Assembly: GCA_965153285.1 (NCBI GenBank)
Contig: OZ229117.1
From: Podarcis tiliguerta
Taxonomy: Eukaryota
Length of the DNA stretch: 64,000 bases
Reading direction: 5' to 3' (one strand)
Position numbers and translations under genes: made by a program. Shown in pieces: positions 13,037 through 26,764 of the stretch. The notes below the pieces were generated by a model. That model was not told where the DNA came from and searched no databases. It saw only the letters and a list, made by a program, of their open reading frames with translations. Within the stretch, counting starts at the first letter, position 1. Every line of letters begins with the position of its first letter.

Positions 13037-14849
13037 ACTGAGCAGCCCAGGAAGAGATATTGCAGGTAATGAAGCAACAGGTGGGGAAGGCATTAAGCAG
13101 TGGTGACTGATCCATCAGGATGGATGGGGCACAGCCCCACCCACCTCAGCCTGCAGTAACCTGCCTGCCTTCTTACCTCCATCCAGTCCAGGAGGAGGCA
13201 GCACTGCCTCTCTGTTGCCCTTGAGGATCTCCACAGGGACAGGGGATGGGCACTAGAATCTGTTAACTTTGCCTCCCACAACTGCTGGTCTCCCTGCCTT
13301 CCACCCTATTATCCCTTCCACTGGGCCCCAGCCACCATAGGCATTAAGCAACCCTCTGCTGCCCACAGATTCTCCCTTGCAAAAGCACTGCCCCCTTGCC
13401 TCTGCCTTCGTGTTAGGCAGGAAAGCTTGAGATGCACGAAGCGAAGAGGTCTGCATACCCCTCCCCTCCGTGCACTTCCATGTCAGCAGCTTTCCACATA
13501 GCATAACAAATATTAAAAGGCGAACGAAGTCTATTAGGCAATTACCGAGGGGGCTCGTGAAACAGGACTCGCCCCTATAAAGCCAATGAAGTTATGACAG
13601 CTGCGGCCCGAGAGGAATCAAGGCAGAATAAAAGAGCGTCTCTGTGGCAGACAAATGATGATAAAGTGAGCCTTTTAGTCAACAGTCAATGGAAATTGAC
13701 AAGGCCAAACCCCACAACTAATGAACAGCCAAACCTTTGCTACTACCAGCAAAGCGCTGCTGAAAGTTTCATCTGAATAAAAGGGACGGAGATTGAATTT
13801 AACTGATCTTTGTCATTTTGCTTTGCTTAGAACACACACACATATTTTTTCCAAGAACTGCATGCATTTTTTTCTGTCTGGATTGCAAAATTGGGGTGTA
13901 GAGAAGATGCAGTTTTGTCTGCCACATCACAGGTGCACCAAAATGGACTTGAAAATAGCATGGACTTCAGCTGGCTCCCACGTCACGTGTCTCAAATAAT
14001 ACCAAAAGAGCCATTTTGCCGTCGGATGCTCTAGTCGGACCAGCTCTCTGTTTCTTAGAGATGAATCTCAGCTATAGAGCTGTGTTTGCCTGATGGACAC
14101 AACGCACCACATCCGATGGGTGTGGAGGGTGTAACAATCGCACACAACAATGGGACAGCTGCACATTAATAAATATGTAATGTTCGATTAAAAAATATGG
14201 ATAGTATTTCTTCCTCCTCCCCCACTTCAACCCCCCCCCCCAAAAAAAACCCAGCAACCCAATTGTAGACTACCCCCAAGGCAGAAGATGCGATCTGGCA
14301 CGCATATTTCTTGCTGGCTTTGGAAATCTAAAACTCAAACGCTTCCCTGTCCCAGCTGTTTCCCATTGTTCCTGTTTATCAGCTCAAAGGGCGAAGAGAG
14401 GAACAAAGAGGGGAAAAAAATTCGCTTGCATTTCAAATGTGCCAGTCAGTCACTGCATTGTTAAAAGAAGAAAGCTTAATTGTCTCTGCTGCCAAACTTT
14501 CTGGTGAATGTCCAGTTTTTAAGAAAAGCTATTCAGCTGTGCAATTTGTTTAAAACATGCAGGGAGGAGGGAAACTGCACATAAAAATCACATGCTTTCC
14601 AGAAGGGGGTGGGGAGAGGAGAGGAGAAAAAAACCCATATCCATACATTGCAGATCTGCAATAGCTCCATCATAGCATTTGAATTCATAAACGGATCTGC
14701 TAAAACGATGGTGTTTGATGCAGCACTGTCCATGTGTGCAGTGCTTTTAGAGCAACAACCAAAAATGTACACATCCCTGCCCCAAGGAGTCCGCAATTGG
14801 CAGTTGTAGAGAGCTGCTTGGGGCACTATCCAACATTCCTGCACAGCCA

Positions 14850-15150
14850 ATAAGAACATGAGAAGAGCCTGCCGGATCAGGCCAATGGCCCCTCTAGTCC
14901 AGCATCCTCTTCTCATAGTGGCCAACCAGATGCCTGTGGGAAACCCACAAGCAGGACATGAATGCAAGAGCACTCCCTCTTCCTGGGTGGCTTCCAGCCA
15001 GTGGTATTCAGAAGTATTACTGCCTTGGGCTATGGAGGCAGAGCATAGCCATCATGGCTAATAGCCAATGATAGCATTATTCTCCCAGAATGTCCAGTTC
15101 CCCTTTAAAACTATCCATGTTGGCAGCCATCAGTGCCTCCTGTGGGAGTG
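14850..15150 (-). mobile_element. CR1-like LINE 3' end. Same family at ~4385-4580 (+), 11860-12185 (-), 15880-16065 (+)
   Basis: Four mutually similar copies containing gatgctggactagatgggcc...ggcctgatcc, ending (ttatgttc)n. Confidence 0.75.
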
Positions 15151-18100
15151 GGCTCTGGTTAGATGTTAGTCCTACTTCACCCACCATTCTTCCTCTTTCC
15201 AAAAGTGACTTTTGGACTACAGAGCACTCTAAAAATTATCAACTTATTTTGTCTTCACAACGGCCTTGTGAGGCAGGGCTAGGCCAAAGGGCAGCATCTT
15301 ACACAGAAACACCCAGTAAGCAGCATAGAGGAAGGGAGTATTGCTTTCTTTTAAAACAGAACAACACATATTTATTCTGATCTTAAAGCTGCCTTTCCCT
15401 TTGCCTTAATTTCTCTCCCCTTATTGTCATCTTTGACTCTAAATGGATTCATTTACTTAGCACAGCCCCTTTTTATTGCGGGGCAAGTCTTTGTCTTTTG
15501 AGCCATAAAGAATAATTGGCAAGCCTTGGCAGAGCCAATGATATTATTGAACCTGTAATTGTCTTGTGTCTTTGTTTACAAGTCAGAGAGTCAATACCAT
15601 ATGATTGACACAAGGCCCAGCTGCATTAATGTCACATGCAGAAGAAAAGAAAGAAAGAAATGGGGGCTGAGAGTGCACCTCTTTTAAAAGATTTGGAATC
15701 TTTGACTTTGGATTGGCTAAGGAAGCCAGTGAGGAACACCAGTCATTATCCCTAATAATGAGAAGAAGAAATGTCCTCTCTGCCGCAGAGAGGTACATAG
15801 ATACGAACTCTCCCTCTCGTCATCTTTCAGGATTAGTTTGAAACTTAGAGAGGATAGGCCAAATTCATGGAACATAAGGCTATGATGAAAGCTATCCTCT
15901 GCCTCTGAATACCACTTGCTGGAAAGCTCAGGAAGGGAGAGGGCTCTTGTGCCTGGGTCCTGCTTATGCGTTTCCTACAGGCATCTGGTCAGCCACTGTG
16001 AGAACAGGATGCTGGACTAGATGGGCCATTGGCCTGATTCAGTAGAATCTTCTTATGTTCTTATAGACTCGCTGATGTTTTGCTGCATTAATTCACAGCG
16101 CCTTTCCGCCATCAGGAAGTCTGTAATCTAAAAGTCTAAAACAAACTTCTTTTTTTAGGTGCATAAGAGAAAATGGCAAAACAGCGGCATTTATGATCAG
16201 TAGTCCCAATTAAAACAAGCCTTTTCTTCTTCTTTTTAAAAGTCACAATCCATCATCCCAGAATGGAGAAATGAAACCCACCCTCCGGACATGAGAGTGT
16301 CATAAACAATTGATTTGACATCAGGATAATTGATATCAAGCAAGCTGTTTTTAAAGACATTCAGATGCACAAAGATGCGGGAGGCATCAAAATAGAGGCA
16401 AATCTCAGTGACGTTACTAATGCACCAGCTCAGTAATTCAAATCCTCTTGCCCCCCTCTCCCGCCCTATTTTTATTACTCTTATTATTTTTATTCTTTCC
16501 ATCTTGGCTTCCAAAATTAATTCTCTCCATAATTTCTAACAGAATGGCTCTGATATTTCCAAAGACAATATTACCTCTAATGAAATAAAGCAAAACACCT
16601 GTGCAAAGACAGAATGAGTTCCATCCTCAGCCATGGAGTCAGTTTACCTCTAGTTCCTTGGTCAATGAAGGCTCTGAGAAAGAGCGTCTTCTCTGCCTCT
16701 TCCTGCGGCCCACCTGTTCTTTTCATGTTTTCCTGATGACACATCTCCAGCCCCAGCGACATTTTCTTTTTAAGTCTAACCACCTTCGTCAGAAAGAATA
16801 GATCAGGAACCCAGGAAACAAATTCACTTGGAAACAGCCTTTGAAGTTCTTTCAAGCACATAAATGGAATAGAGAGCCTGCTTTAGACCAGGAGCAGCAA
16901 AGTAGAAGTTGCTGGACTCCAACTCCTTTCATCCTTGGCCATTGGCCATGCTGGCAGGGGCTGATGGAGGTTGGATCCCAACATCTGAAAGGCCACAGGC
17001 TTCCCCACCCTGGCTTTAGATAAGGAGAGGGAAACTGGAATGTAAAACGCACACAGAGAAAAGCTGTAGTGGCATTAGCTGCAGAATTACCTAAAAATGT
17101 CAGCTCTCTTTTCTTTTAAAATGGTAAGTTCCTAGTCCTTATGATTGCAAAGATGTACTTGGAAGCATGTGATTAATGTCTGCTAATGACAATATGAATT
17201 GATCAAAGGGCAGAGATTCAGTGGTGGATATAGCTTCTTACCAATCTTCTTGACTAGCACATTAGTCAAAAATTGTGCAGCTTAATCAAATCTGGAGTAT
17301 AAGTTGTGCAAAATGAGAGAGAGAGAAAAGTTAGAGGCAGAGATCCTTCGTTTGCATGATGTACACAAGGTAGAAGAATGTGGGCTACCCAGACACAACT
17401 TTGTGGTTTTGCAGCACAGGGCAGCATAAAAAAATGCGCATTGTTTTTGAACCATGTGGCTCTTTAGATTTACAGAGATGGGGTAAATTTTTAAAAACAA
17501 CAATAGGAAGTTATCATCTCTTGTGGAAAAGGCCCTTAACTGCTAGCAATCTGGTATCTCTTGGCAAAGCCCACTGGCTAATTCAATCATGCTGTCAATA
17601 TAATTAATAAGGGGGGGGAGGGGCAGGATCTACAGGAGGCCGAGAGAAACAAAGAGAGCTAGACGGACCTATGATAGTAATAAAAGATGACTGCGGAAAA
17701 GAATTGCATTATTCAGTCTCTGCTATTGATGTCATAAGCACAGCCATATGCTGTGCAAGCTGCGGTGCACACCCCAGGTGATCTCAGGTAGAACAAGATG
17801 CACTCTGCACTGTCTATCAGTCGAGCAGATGTTTGGGAGAAGGAAACAGGGCTGCGTGTTGCTTTGGTTTTTAAAACTGCCCTAGATCAAGGTGGCCCTA
17901 ATGGACTTTACGTAAACTAACCTACGTGATCAGAGTAGAGCAGCTATAGATTCTGGACACCCAGAAATCATGTGAATAAGTTGCCAGTTGTGCATAAATA
18001 ACACATCTCAAGTTGACAAGCACTACCAGAGTATTTCACTGCGGGTGACAAGAGCAGACCTGGTCCCTCACTCAAGTTCACCTGCAAGATCAGCTTACTC

Positions 18101-18344
18101 TACTCAACCACTTCAATCTGTGAAACAGAGACGGGTGCAACATATAATAGTCATCCCACATTCGTATGACATCAGTCTTTTAGTATGGGAGCATCTACAC
18201 TGTGGAACTCCCTGCCTATTGAAATCAGACAAGTGCACCTTTAGACAAGCCTACCCAGACATATAGAAGGTTGGTGTGTATTTCATCTGTTTTTGGTTTT
18301 TTAAAATTTTTAAAATTTAAATTTTTTTAAAAAAATGATTTCCC

Positions 18345-18750
18345 CCCCAATGCTTTATTGAACCTATAACGACAAACACAAAATCAAATAACATAAATAA
18401 CGTAAAAGTTTGTCACTGTCTAATACATTTTAAGCTAGGTCTTCTAAGCATCGAATCAACTTCCCGTCTTCTCCATACATGGTTTAAACAAGTATTTACA
18501 TAGTGCACAATCGTATCAGTCGTCAGAGGTAAAATATTATTAATAGTTTATCTTCATCACTTAATCCATGTAATACTACATGGTAGCTATTCAAAAGCTG
18601 TCACGGATTTCATACTGTTACAATGCTCTTTAAGGTATCTCTTAAATACATCCCATTTTGTAGTAAAGGTTTGATTCAACCTGTGCCTCATTCTTTCTGT
18701 TAATTTGTCTAATTCGGCATATTCCATTAGTTTTTGCACCCACTTCGACC
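18345..18750 (-). mobile_element. L1/Tx1-like LINE 3' fragment (ORF2 C-terminus plus 3' UTR)
   Basis: Minus strand reads WVQKLMEYAELDKLTERMR...KWDVFKRYLKEHC...* (TAG 18587-18589), followed by AATAAA near 18355. Confidence 0.65.
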
Positions 18751-18909
18751 AGTGGTGCAAAAAATGTTTTAAATAGTTGTTTTTAACTGGGTTTTTTGTT
18801 TTGTTTTAATTGAATTGTTTCGTTCTCTTTGCAAACCATTTCAAGATTTTTTTGTTTACAGTCAAGCTGTGTGTAACTTTTATGAAATAAATAAACAACT
18901 CCACAATAT

Positions 18910-19200
18910 CTAAAAGGGCTGTCGCGTTGAAGATGAAGCAAGCTTCTCTTCTCCTGCTATGGAAGGTAGGACCTGGACCAATGGATTCAAGTTACTAGAC
19001 AGGAGATTCCTGCTAAACATCTGTTCGACCATGAAACGGACTCCCTCAAAAGGTGGTGGGTTCTCCTTCACTGGAGGTTTCTAACCAGAGGCTGGGTGGC
19101 CATCTGTCATGGATGTTTTAGTTGACATTCCTGCATTGCTGGGGGTTGGACTAGATGACCCTCAGGGTCCCTTCCAATTCTACTGTTCTGTGATTTTATG
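18910..19200 (+). mobile_element. CR1 LINE 3' fragment
   Basis: Typical CR1 end ggttggactagatgacc...ggtcccttccaattct...ttctgtgatt. Confidence 0.85.
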
Positions 19201-21402
19201 ATCCATTGCATTGACACTTGTGGCTTCCTTTTTGTGGACAGATCTTCAGGTAAGTTAATGCAGCAACCATTGCAGATCCAGCTCTGGCTGGCTCCAACTC
19301 TTGGAGTCCAACTTCCATCATCCTTGACTATTGGCCCTGCTGGCTGGGGACTGATGGGAGTTTTGAGCCCAATAACATCTGGAGGGCCACAGGATACCTC
19401 AGCCCTGGTCTACACCCTTGTAGATAAATGTTTGCTGCCCCACAGAAAATAATTCAGGTACCTTGGATTTAGCTGTAGCTGTAGCTGATTGGGGAGTAAA
19501 GGGAGGGAAAGGAAGGGGGGGAAAGGAGTAGCACATCGTCCCAAACACAAGAGGGTGTCAGCAGAGGCAGAAGTTCATTACCTTTACAACTCAGTTTCTA
19601 AATCCATGCAAAAATAAATAAGTTGTGCCACTTCTATATTGCATTTGTAAACATTTTAAAAATTACCCTTACCACCATGAACAAAAATAATGCATAATAA
19701 AATGGACATCTGGAGGGGGTAGGGCATACACTAACTTGAAATCCTAATCCCACCTACCTGGTAATAAACCCAATTTAACTCAATGGGACTTACTTCTGAG
19801 TAGACTTAGTTAGGATTGTAATTTTAGTAGGACTTAACTGGCCTGTTTGTGCAGATGGGGGAGCAGGGGCACAAATGGTCTGGGAACTGTCTGTTGAATT
19901 TGGTTCGCTGAACAAAAGTTTGCTTTCCCTTTACCCGGAGGAAAATTGCTACTCTCCACTGCTTTTCAAAACGTAATAACTTTACCTGCACGTCAGTGAC
20001 TCAGACCCTGGCTGGTCCCTGAATTATTACCGTGAGATGAAACATTTCTTTAACAAAACCGAGGCCTTTAATATCTCCCCATCTCTGTTATTAGATGGAC
20101 AAATGAATTTCGCTTTGAACATAACATGCGGCATTGTCTGAAAATTGCCGGTATGAACTGAAGTTGGCAGGTATTTTCTTGCTCCCCTCGTCAGTGATTG
20201 TCATTTATTATATGTTGCACCTTTCTCTGTCAAACGTTGCGGGCGCGTGATATTGATTTGTGTCTGCTTGCCAAGCAAAGGTCACTTTGATCAACATACT
20301 ACAAAACCAGAAAAAGTAGGGTTCTGACATTTCATTACCTGGGAGAGGGAGAAAAAAACAAGAGGCCTAAAATAAATAAGAATATGTTTGAGAATCCAAC
20401 ACTTTAATATCGTGGTGTGGAGTTACTATAATTAACACAAGGACCACTCTAGTAAGGTTAAAGTGGGGGTGGATTGACATGCAAGACTGTTGTGTATGAG
20501 ACCAGTACTGTAATAACGTATCTGTGATCTTGAAGAGGAGAGGCATTTGTGTGTTTTTTTTAAATACATCAGTTTCTGGAACGTGAGGTGTTTGACTTAT
20601 GATAGATACAACTTGAGCAACACTTTTGATGAGTTTGGTGGATTCTTTGCAGGTTGGGTTGTGGGGATTAAAGGGGCTGCAGGGGTTCAGAAAAACACAG
20701 ACATTTTAAAGAAGTTGGAGCCATTGCAGGAAGTTTCAATGTAAAAGAGGCTAGCACCAGGGTATTTTCAAGATCACCTTGTACTGGGCTCAGTTCAAGG
20801 TTCTGGTATTGGTGTACAAAGCTCAACACAGTTTGGGACCAGGATACCTAACAGAGTTCCACATCGCCTAGATAAAGCAACTAATCACAGGAGAGGGCAA
20901 CCTGCAATTCCCATATTTTCAGGAGGTCCATTCCACACAAGTTGAGAATGGCCACATGGCCTGCCTTTCACCCCTTAAAGTAGTCTGCTGCCCTCAAGTA
21001 TGGTGGAGGACCTTGGCCCATTAACAGTGTTGATGTTACGTTCAACTGCCCATCTACTCAGCTTCTATGCATGGATAAAAGGGAGGTGCACCTCTTCCTT
21101 CGCCATAGGTGCCAACTCCTATGGAGGTGCCAATATTATAAATTATACAGTTTAAGTTGATTATGTAGTGCCTGCTAAGGGCTGAGGTTCTTTTGTGCCC
21201 CCCCCCCATGCTGGCCCCCTCAATGTTCAGAGGGCATTTGGCTCTACCTCCTGGTTCCTCATGACATTGCGTGCACAACATCAGGATGCCACGTTGGGCC
21301 CCCTCAATCATCCCGAGAAGATGGCGCCTCTGTCCTTCACCTCCAGTGGCACAATGTCTTTGGCTGGCCCTTAGAGAAGCTTTGCCACCTTCCCCACTTA
21401 AG

Positions 21403-21582
21403 AAGAGCCATGGCTCAATGGTGGAGCATCTGCTTTGCATGCAGAAGGTCCCAGGTTCAACCCCTGGCATCTCCAGATAGGGCCAGGTATCTGAAATCCT
21501 GGAGAGCCACTGCTGGTCAGCATAGACAATACTGAGCTAGATGGAGCAATGGTCTGGCTCAGCATAAGGCAGCTTCCTATGC
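21403..21582 (+). mobile_element. Squam3-type tRNA-derived SINE (near full length)
   Basis: A box tggctcaatggt, B box ggttcaacccc, body ctgctttgcatgcagaagg, tail ...ataaggcagcttcctatg. Confidence 0.85.
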
Positions 21583-21984
21583 TCTGATACCTGCTGGGTT
21601 CTCACACCATGGAAGGCCACAGTTGATGACATGGTACTCAGGCTTGCCTTATTCTGCTGCTTATTGGCTTGGGAAATATGTTTCAGGAAAATAGATTGCG
21701 GAGTCCGGGGCTTTGCTCTATAAAAACAAAACAAAACCCCTGTGTGTTTTAAATTTCTCTTGAGTAAAGTTTGAGCAAGGTGTGGGTCATAACACATCAT
21801 CCGTTTGCTACAAGGACTGTCAACCTTCCCAACTGGCAAATGGTTAACGGTAAGCAACAGATTTATAACCTGACATAATTAATTGCCGAGATAGTGACAT
21901 TTCCCATATTATAGACAATTGTGAATTATGAGCCCAGCTGTTAGCCTTCTCATTCGCTGAAATCGGTTGATATATATGTTTATT

Positions 21985-22157
21985 NNNNNNNNNNNNNNNN
22001 NNNNNNNNNNNNNNNNNNNNNNNNNNNNNNNNNNNNNNNNNNNNNNNNNNNNNNNNNNNNNNNNNNNNNNNNNNNNNNNNNNNNNNNNNNNNNNNNNNNN
22101 NNNNNNNNNNNNNNNNNNNNNNNNNNNNNNNNNNNNNNNNNNNNNNNNNNNNNNNNN
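21985..22157. other. Assembly gap (173 N)
   Basis: Direct read. Confidence 1.
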
Positions 22158-25100
22158 GCCATTTTTCTTCCAGAGACTGACCGGTGGTCAGTCAAAATGA
22201 AATCAATTATTATAAATTATACAGTTTAAGTTGATTATGTAGTGCCTGCTAATTTGTATAAATAAGGACATCAAACAATAGGAGCCATTTATTAATAACT
22301 CTTTCTGTCTGTCCTGGGGGCCCCTATCATACATGCTGGTACAGCTGCAGGGTCATCTGTTAACTATGAAGTGTTATATTCGCTGCTGCCAGACATGCAT
22401 GCTAATTAAACCCATAATTAATTGTAACAGTTATAGTTAAAGTCAAAATGCTGACAGCATTTCTTGCCCTATTATTCATGGTAATCAACTGAATCAAAGA
22501 GAATCTAATCAACAATTCATATGCTAGCCAGGGGATCAGAATACGGGAACAGCCCCAAAGGCAGCTGGTACCCACAGGTCTTGGGACACAATAAGAAACA
22601 TAAACCTCTCAAATTGCAACACGCCAACATGAACTCATCTCCATTGTCTTGCAGCGCAAACGCAAGTATAAGTCATATTTAAGGATTCAAAGGCTTGGCC
22701 CACATGTAGCAGGAGCGTCGCATCTTGACATGCCAATAGATGCAGATAAATAAGTAAAGTAACAAATGGCTGGTTGGCTGCGAGGCCTGCAACTGAGAAC
22801 TCTAGGGCTTAAAGAAGGAAAAGCATGTTGCTAGTAGCAAGCACATCACTAGTAGCGGTGTTTAGGAAACTACCGTCCTTTAAGGGCACTTTCAGACTGT
22901 TACTTTTTTGCAGGTGGAATCCAATGCCCAACTGGGAAATTCAGGGCAACAAAACCCACTTCCAAAAATAATCTGAGTTTTTGCAGTCACAAAAGTGATG
23001 AAGAAATGCACTGGGCAATGTGGGATGGCAACTGATGGTTGCAACGTTGTATAATCCTTTTACAAGCAAATCAAGGTAAGTGCTAAATAGTCAAAGTGAC
23101 TTAAGTTATTTGTTTCAAAACTGGTATCTTTACGTACATTTGTTTGTTCCTGGACTGTTGCAAGACAACCTCCTGGAAGATAGTAATCCCTAAATTGGGA
23201 GACTGGAGCGGGCTAGAAGGCCACCTGGTTCAGTGTTTCGGCACCTTTTACAGGGTTTCCAAAGATGTTAAGCCCCAAAGCTCATACTAACATCTTACTA
23301 GCAAAATGCGCATCTTCAAAGTGAGGAGGGGAGGAAGGAACAGTCCATTTCCAGTCCATTCACTTTGCAGGGGTCCACTCATACACCTGAGTGCTGATTT
23401 GCTTAATGCTTTTGTGAGCTACTTTGAGCCTAGTTTGGAAAGGCAGAATATGAATGAAGAGGAAAATCAGTTGAGCATGTGTTTTTCCTTTCGAAGATAT
23501 TCTCCTAGAAGCAACTCTCCTAGAGGCAACTATAGGTGGGCCAGTTACAGGTTTGAGGGAAGTTTTCTATTGTAGTCAATTGAACATGTGTGCTTGGTTG
23601 CAGTGAGCGGCCAGTTTCTTCTGTTTGCAAATATGTCCATTGGCCCTCAAAAGGTTGGCGACTCTTGCGCTAGGAGGTGTAGGATCCCACAAACGGGCTC
23701 TGTTCCCAGTCTCTATGCACCAGGCACAATCTCACTACCGGGGACCATGAACTCACACAGCTCCCAATGTGGAATCCAGCCCATCTCAAGTCATGCCTTC
23801 AGCTCCAAGCATTTAGTAGAGGACCAGGACATTTGGAGCAGGGCCCAGCCAATGCAATCTCGTCCTCTTCCTCCAGACCTTGACCAAATACATGGAACTG
23901 GAGATGCAAACCTTGGACTTCAGCCATTGGCTGTTGAAAGCACCGCCCATTTTCAAACACCTCACAGGAAGGTGATCACCTCGATCAGCACACCTACAGC
24001 CAGTCGAACCAGGTGACCCATCCTTTTCATTCATTCATCGGTTTGACACCATCCGTTAGAAACAAGAGAAACCACACAGTCGTTAGTTCTCGAACGCCTC
24101 GCATTGCAATCCTTAAGAAATAATAACCAACTTTTAGCGGCGGTTCCCCCTTTGTTCCTCCCCCGCCCCACCAGCCCGGTTATTGAGCTGAAGTTAATGG
24201 CTGGCTCAAAAGTATGTCAACACAACAGCTGGAGAGCAACACTTCCTTGTAGCTTTATGTGACAGCATATGCCAGCCACTCAGAACATGTGATAATTCAA
24301 ACTGGGGCTGATACTACAATAGCAGATGGGCTGCAGCATTGTTATTCTCACTCCAGCTCCCAGCCCTTGAGGGATCACTAAATAAAATCAAAGCAGATGG
24401 ACCATTACAAGCTCATTCGTGTCCGACTACAAGCACCTCTACCTCCCAGTCGTGATATACGGCAGCTTGGCATAAAATGACACGGCTGGGTAACATGACC
24501 TAATGAAAATAGCATCCGACTTGGCAAGTGAGGAATGAGGGTAAAGAAATATGCACAGATCTATTTATCATAGTTCTCTTTACTTTGAACCGAGGGCGGC
24601 TTCCGCCTCCCCTTCCCCCGCGTAATGGTTTCATTCCTCTGCACCTGATGCGCTCTGCCTCGAAATTCCATCACAGTCCAGATTTAGATGTGCTGCAGAA
24701 CAATGTGGTAGAGTGCTGGGGATGGAGAGGAGGCTGTACCACTTCAGGACGGCAGGTGGTGGTAGTGGCACCATTTTCGAATGCTTAAAAACAACAACAA
24801 CAACAACAACTCCATGGAGGTAGGAAATTAGCACATTAGAGATTAGCACATCCTTCCTGAAGTGCTCCCCACCCCAACCTGATGTGGAACATTAAAAAAA
24901 AATATATTTCCCTACTTGCAGTCTGAAATGGTACGGCCTGCTGTACAAACTAAGGACTCTACCATCTCACTCTGCTGCTGAGACAGTCCCAGCCAGAGAG
25001 TGCAGATGTGGGGCAGAAGTTCCATCAGAGTTCTAAACTGGGCTAAAACTGTACTCAGCATCTCACTTATTTTTTCCCCTTAGCATCCTTACGCACATCT

Positions 25101-26640
25101 TGAGAGCAGATACAGCACAATGGCCAAGGCTGCAATTCTAAGCACATTTATGACAGAATGCACTGAAGCCAGTGGAACCTCTGGGCAAACATGAGTGAGA
25201 GCCAGGATTTCTCTAGTGCAAATATCTGCTAGGGAAGCCACAATGTTTGGCTTCACTTTTCCTCTCCCCCTCCCTTTGAACAGGATTAGACCTAACGGGC
25301 TTAAGTGTAGATGTTGGCTGAAACTTAGGAAAAACTAGTTTTGGTACAGATTTGTGTACACCATTCCTGCCCTTCAGGCACACCGCTGCTGATTTTGCAA
25401 CTCTCTCATTCTTCAGAAGGCTCTCGTTTTCAGATATGTATTATGTTTTATAGCTGTGCTTGAGATGGGTAGGCAATGCATTATGAGGCTCTGTATTTCA
25501 GAAGGGTTTGAGTTGTGGAGGTTATTGCTAGGTTGACAATGTGCATGGTTTGATATGTGGCTCAGCATGTATTGCTCATTATGGATGATGTACCATTATG
25601 TATTATCTATTACTATGTGTGGCTTATTTTTTTGAATCATATCCATAAAATTATTTTGCTGTTCTTTGCATTGCATTACATAATTATGTCACATTGTTTA
25701 TTATGGTCTACGTTGTAAACTGCCCCGTGGTCTCCTGACAAAGGGCAGGATGTAAAGTTAAAAATATGCAACTACATTTCTTTTCTTTTTCCATTTTCTG
25801 CACCTGCATTCTCAAGCAATTCCTTCCAACATTGCTTGCAATAACTTGAATTCATATTGCCCCACATTTTCATGCATGTAATGATCCAATTTTGGGTTCT
25901 CATTTTGTTTTGGTTTTTATATTTAGTTTAAAAGTTTTGTAAGTCAATTTAGGTGACTTTTTTTAGAAGGGAGAAGCAGGGAAGCAACTCATACATGTGA
26001 CTAAATAAATAATCCCATTGCTGTCATCTTTCCTAGTCTTGCTACCTTTCCAGCCTCTCACCACAACTGTCGTACAAGAATGGAGTTATGCAAATCTACT
26101 AACGTGAGTTGGGTGGAAGACTCTGAGGGAATAACTCACTCCAAGGGATCTGCCTTTTGAAGGCAATCAATTACCAATTCCTGCATCTTGATTATTCAGG
26201 GAGAAAAGAAAGCGTGGAAGAACCGATATGGATGCGATAATGTGGCCTGGAGAAGAGTATTATGGGTAGCACCCATATGACATGCGAGTTCATTTACATG
26301 TACAACAGCTGCTTGGCTTCGCCGTCCTTGAGAGATCATCACCTGGCTTGCAAGAAGGGGGTAGGGAGGAAGAGTTTATCCACCTTTGGGCATATTGCTC
26401 TGCATTGATTAATAGCTGCTGCTGCCCATATCATTATACATTTAAATGCAGCATTATGCGCCACTTATTCACTAATTTATTGTAATTGAGAGCTGGGAAT
26501 AGAGGTACCTTTGCAAATTGCTTCCATAGGCTTGAGATCAAAACAGCACAGAGAATCCAGTCGATGATAGGCATGGTGAGTCCAAATGGCCGGCATAAGT
26601 GTCTTTTATACAGCTAAAGCCAGTGCTTCAAATGGAGATG

Positions 26641-26760
26641 GGGGAGGGCTGTAGCTCAGTGGCAGAGAATCTGCTTTGCATGCAGAAGATCCCAGGTTCA
26701 ATACCCAACACCTCCAAGAAAAGCTGTCTGAAACTGTGCAGAGGCCCTGCTAGTTACTTT
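26641..26760 (+). mobile_element. Squam3-type SINE, 5' part
   Basis: gtagctcagtggcagag...ctgctttgcatgcagaagatcccaggttcaatacc. Confidence 0.8.
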
Positions 26761-26764
26761 AGAC

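Noticed and set aside
14533-14973. 146-aa minus-strand ORF
   Set aside because: Starts in a CR1 3' end and runs into non-coding sequence; chance open frame.
21403-21475. tRNA-like sequences with A/B boxes (also at 26641 and 61050)
   Set aside because: SINE heads that continue into SINE bodies and tails; no intact cloverleaf.
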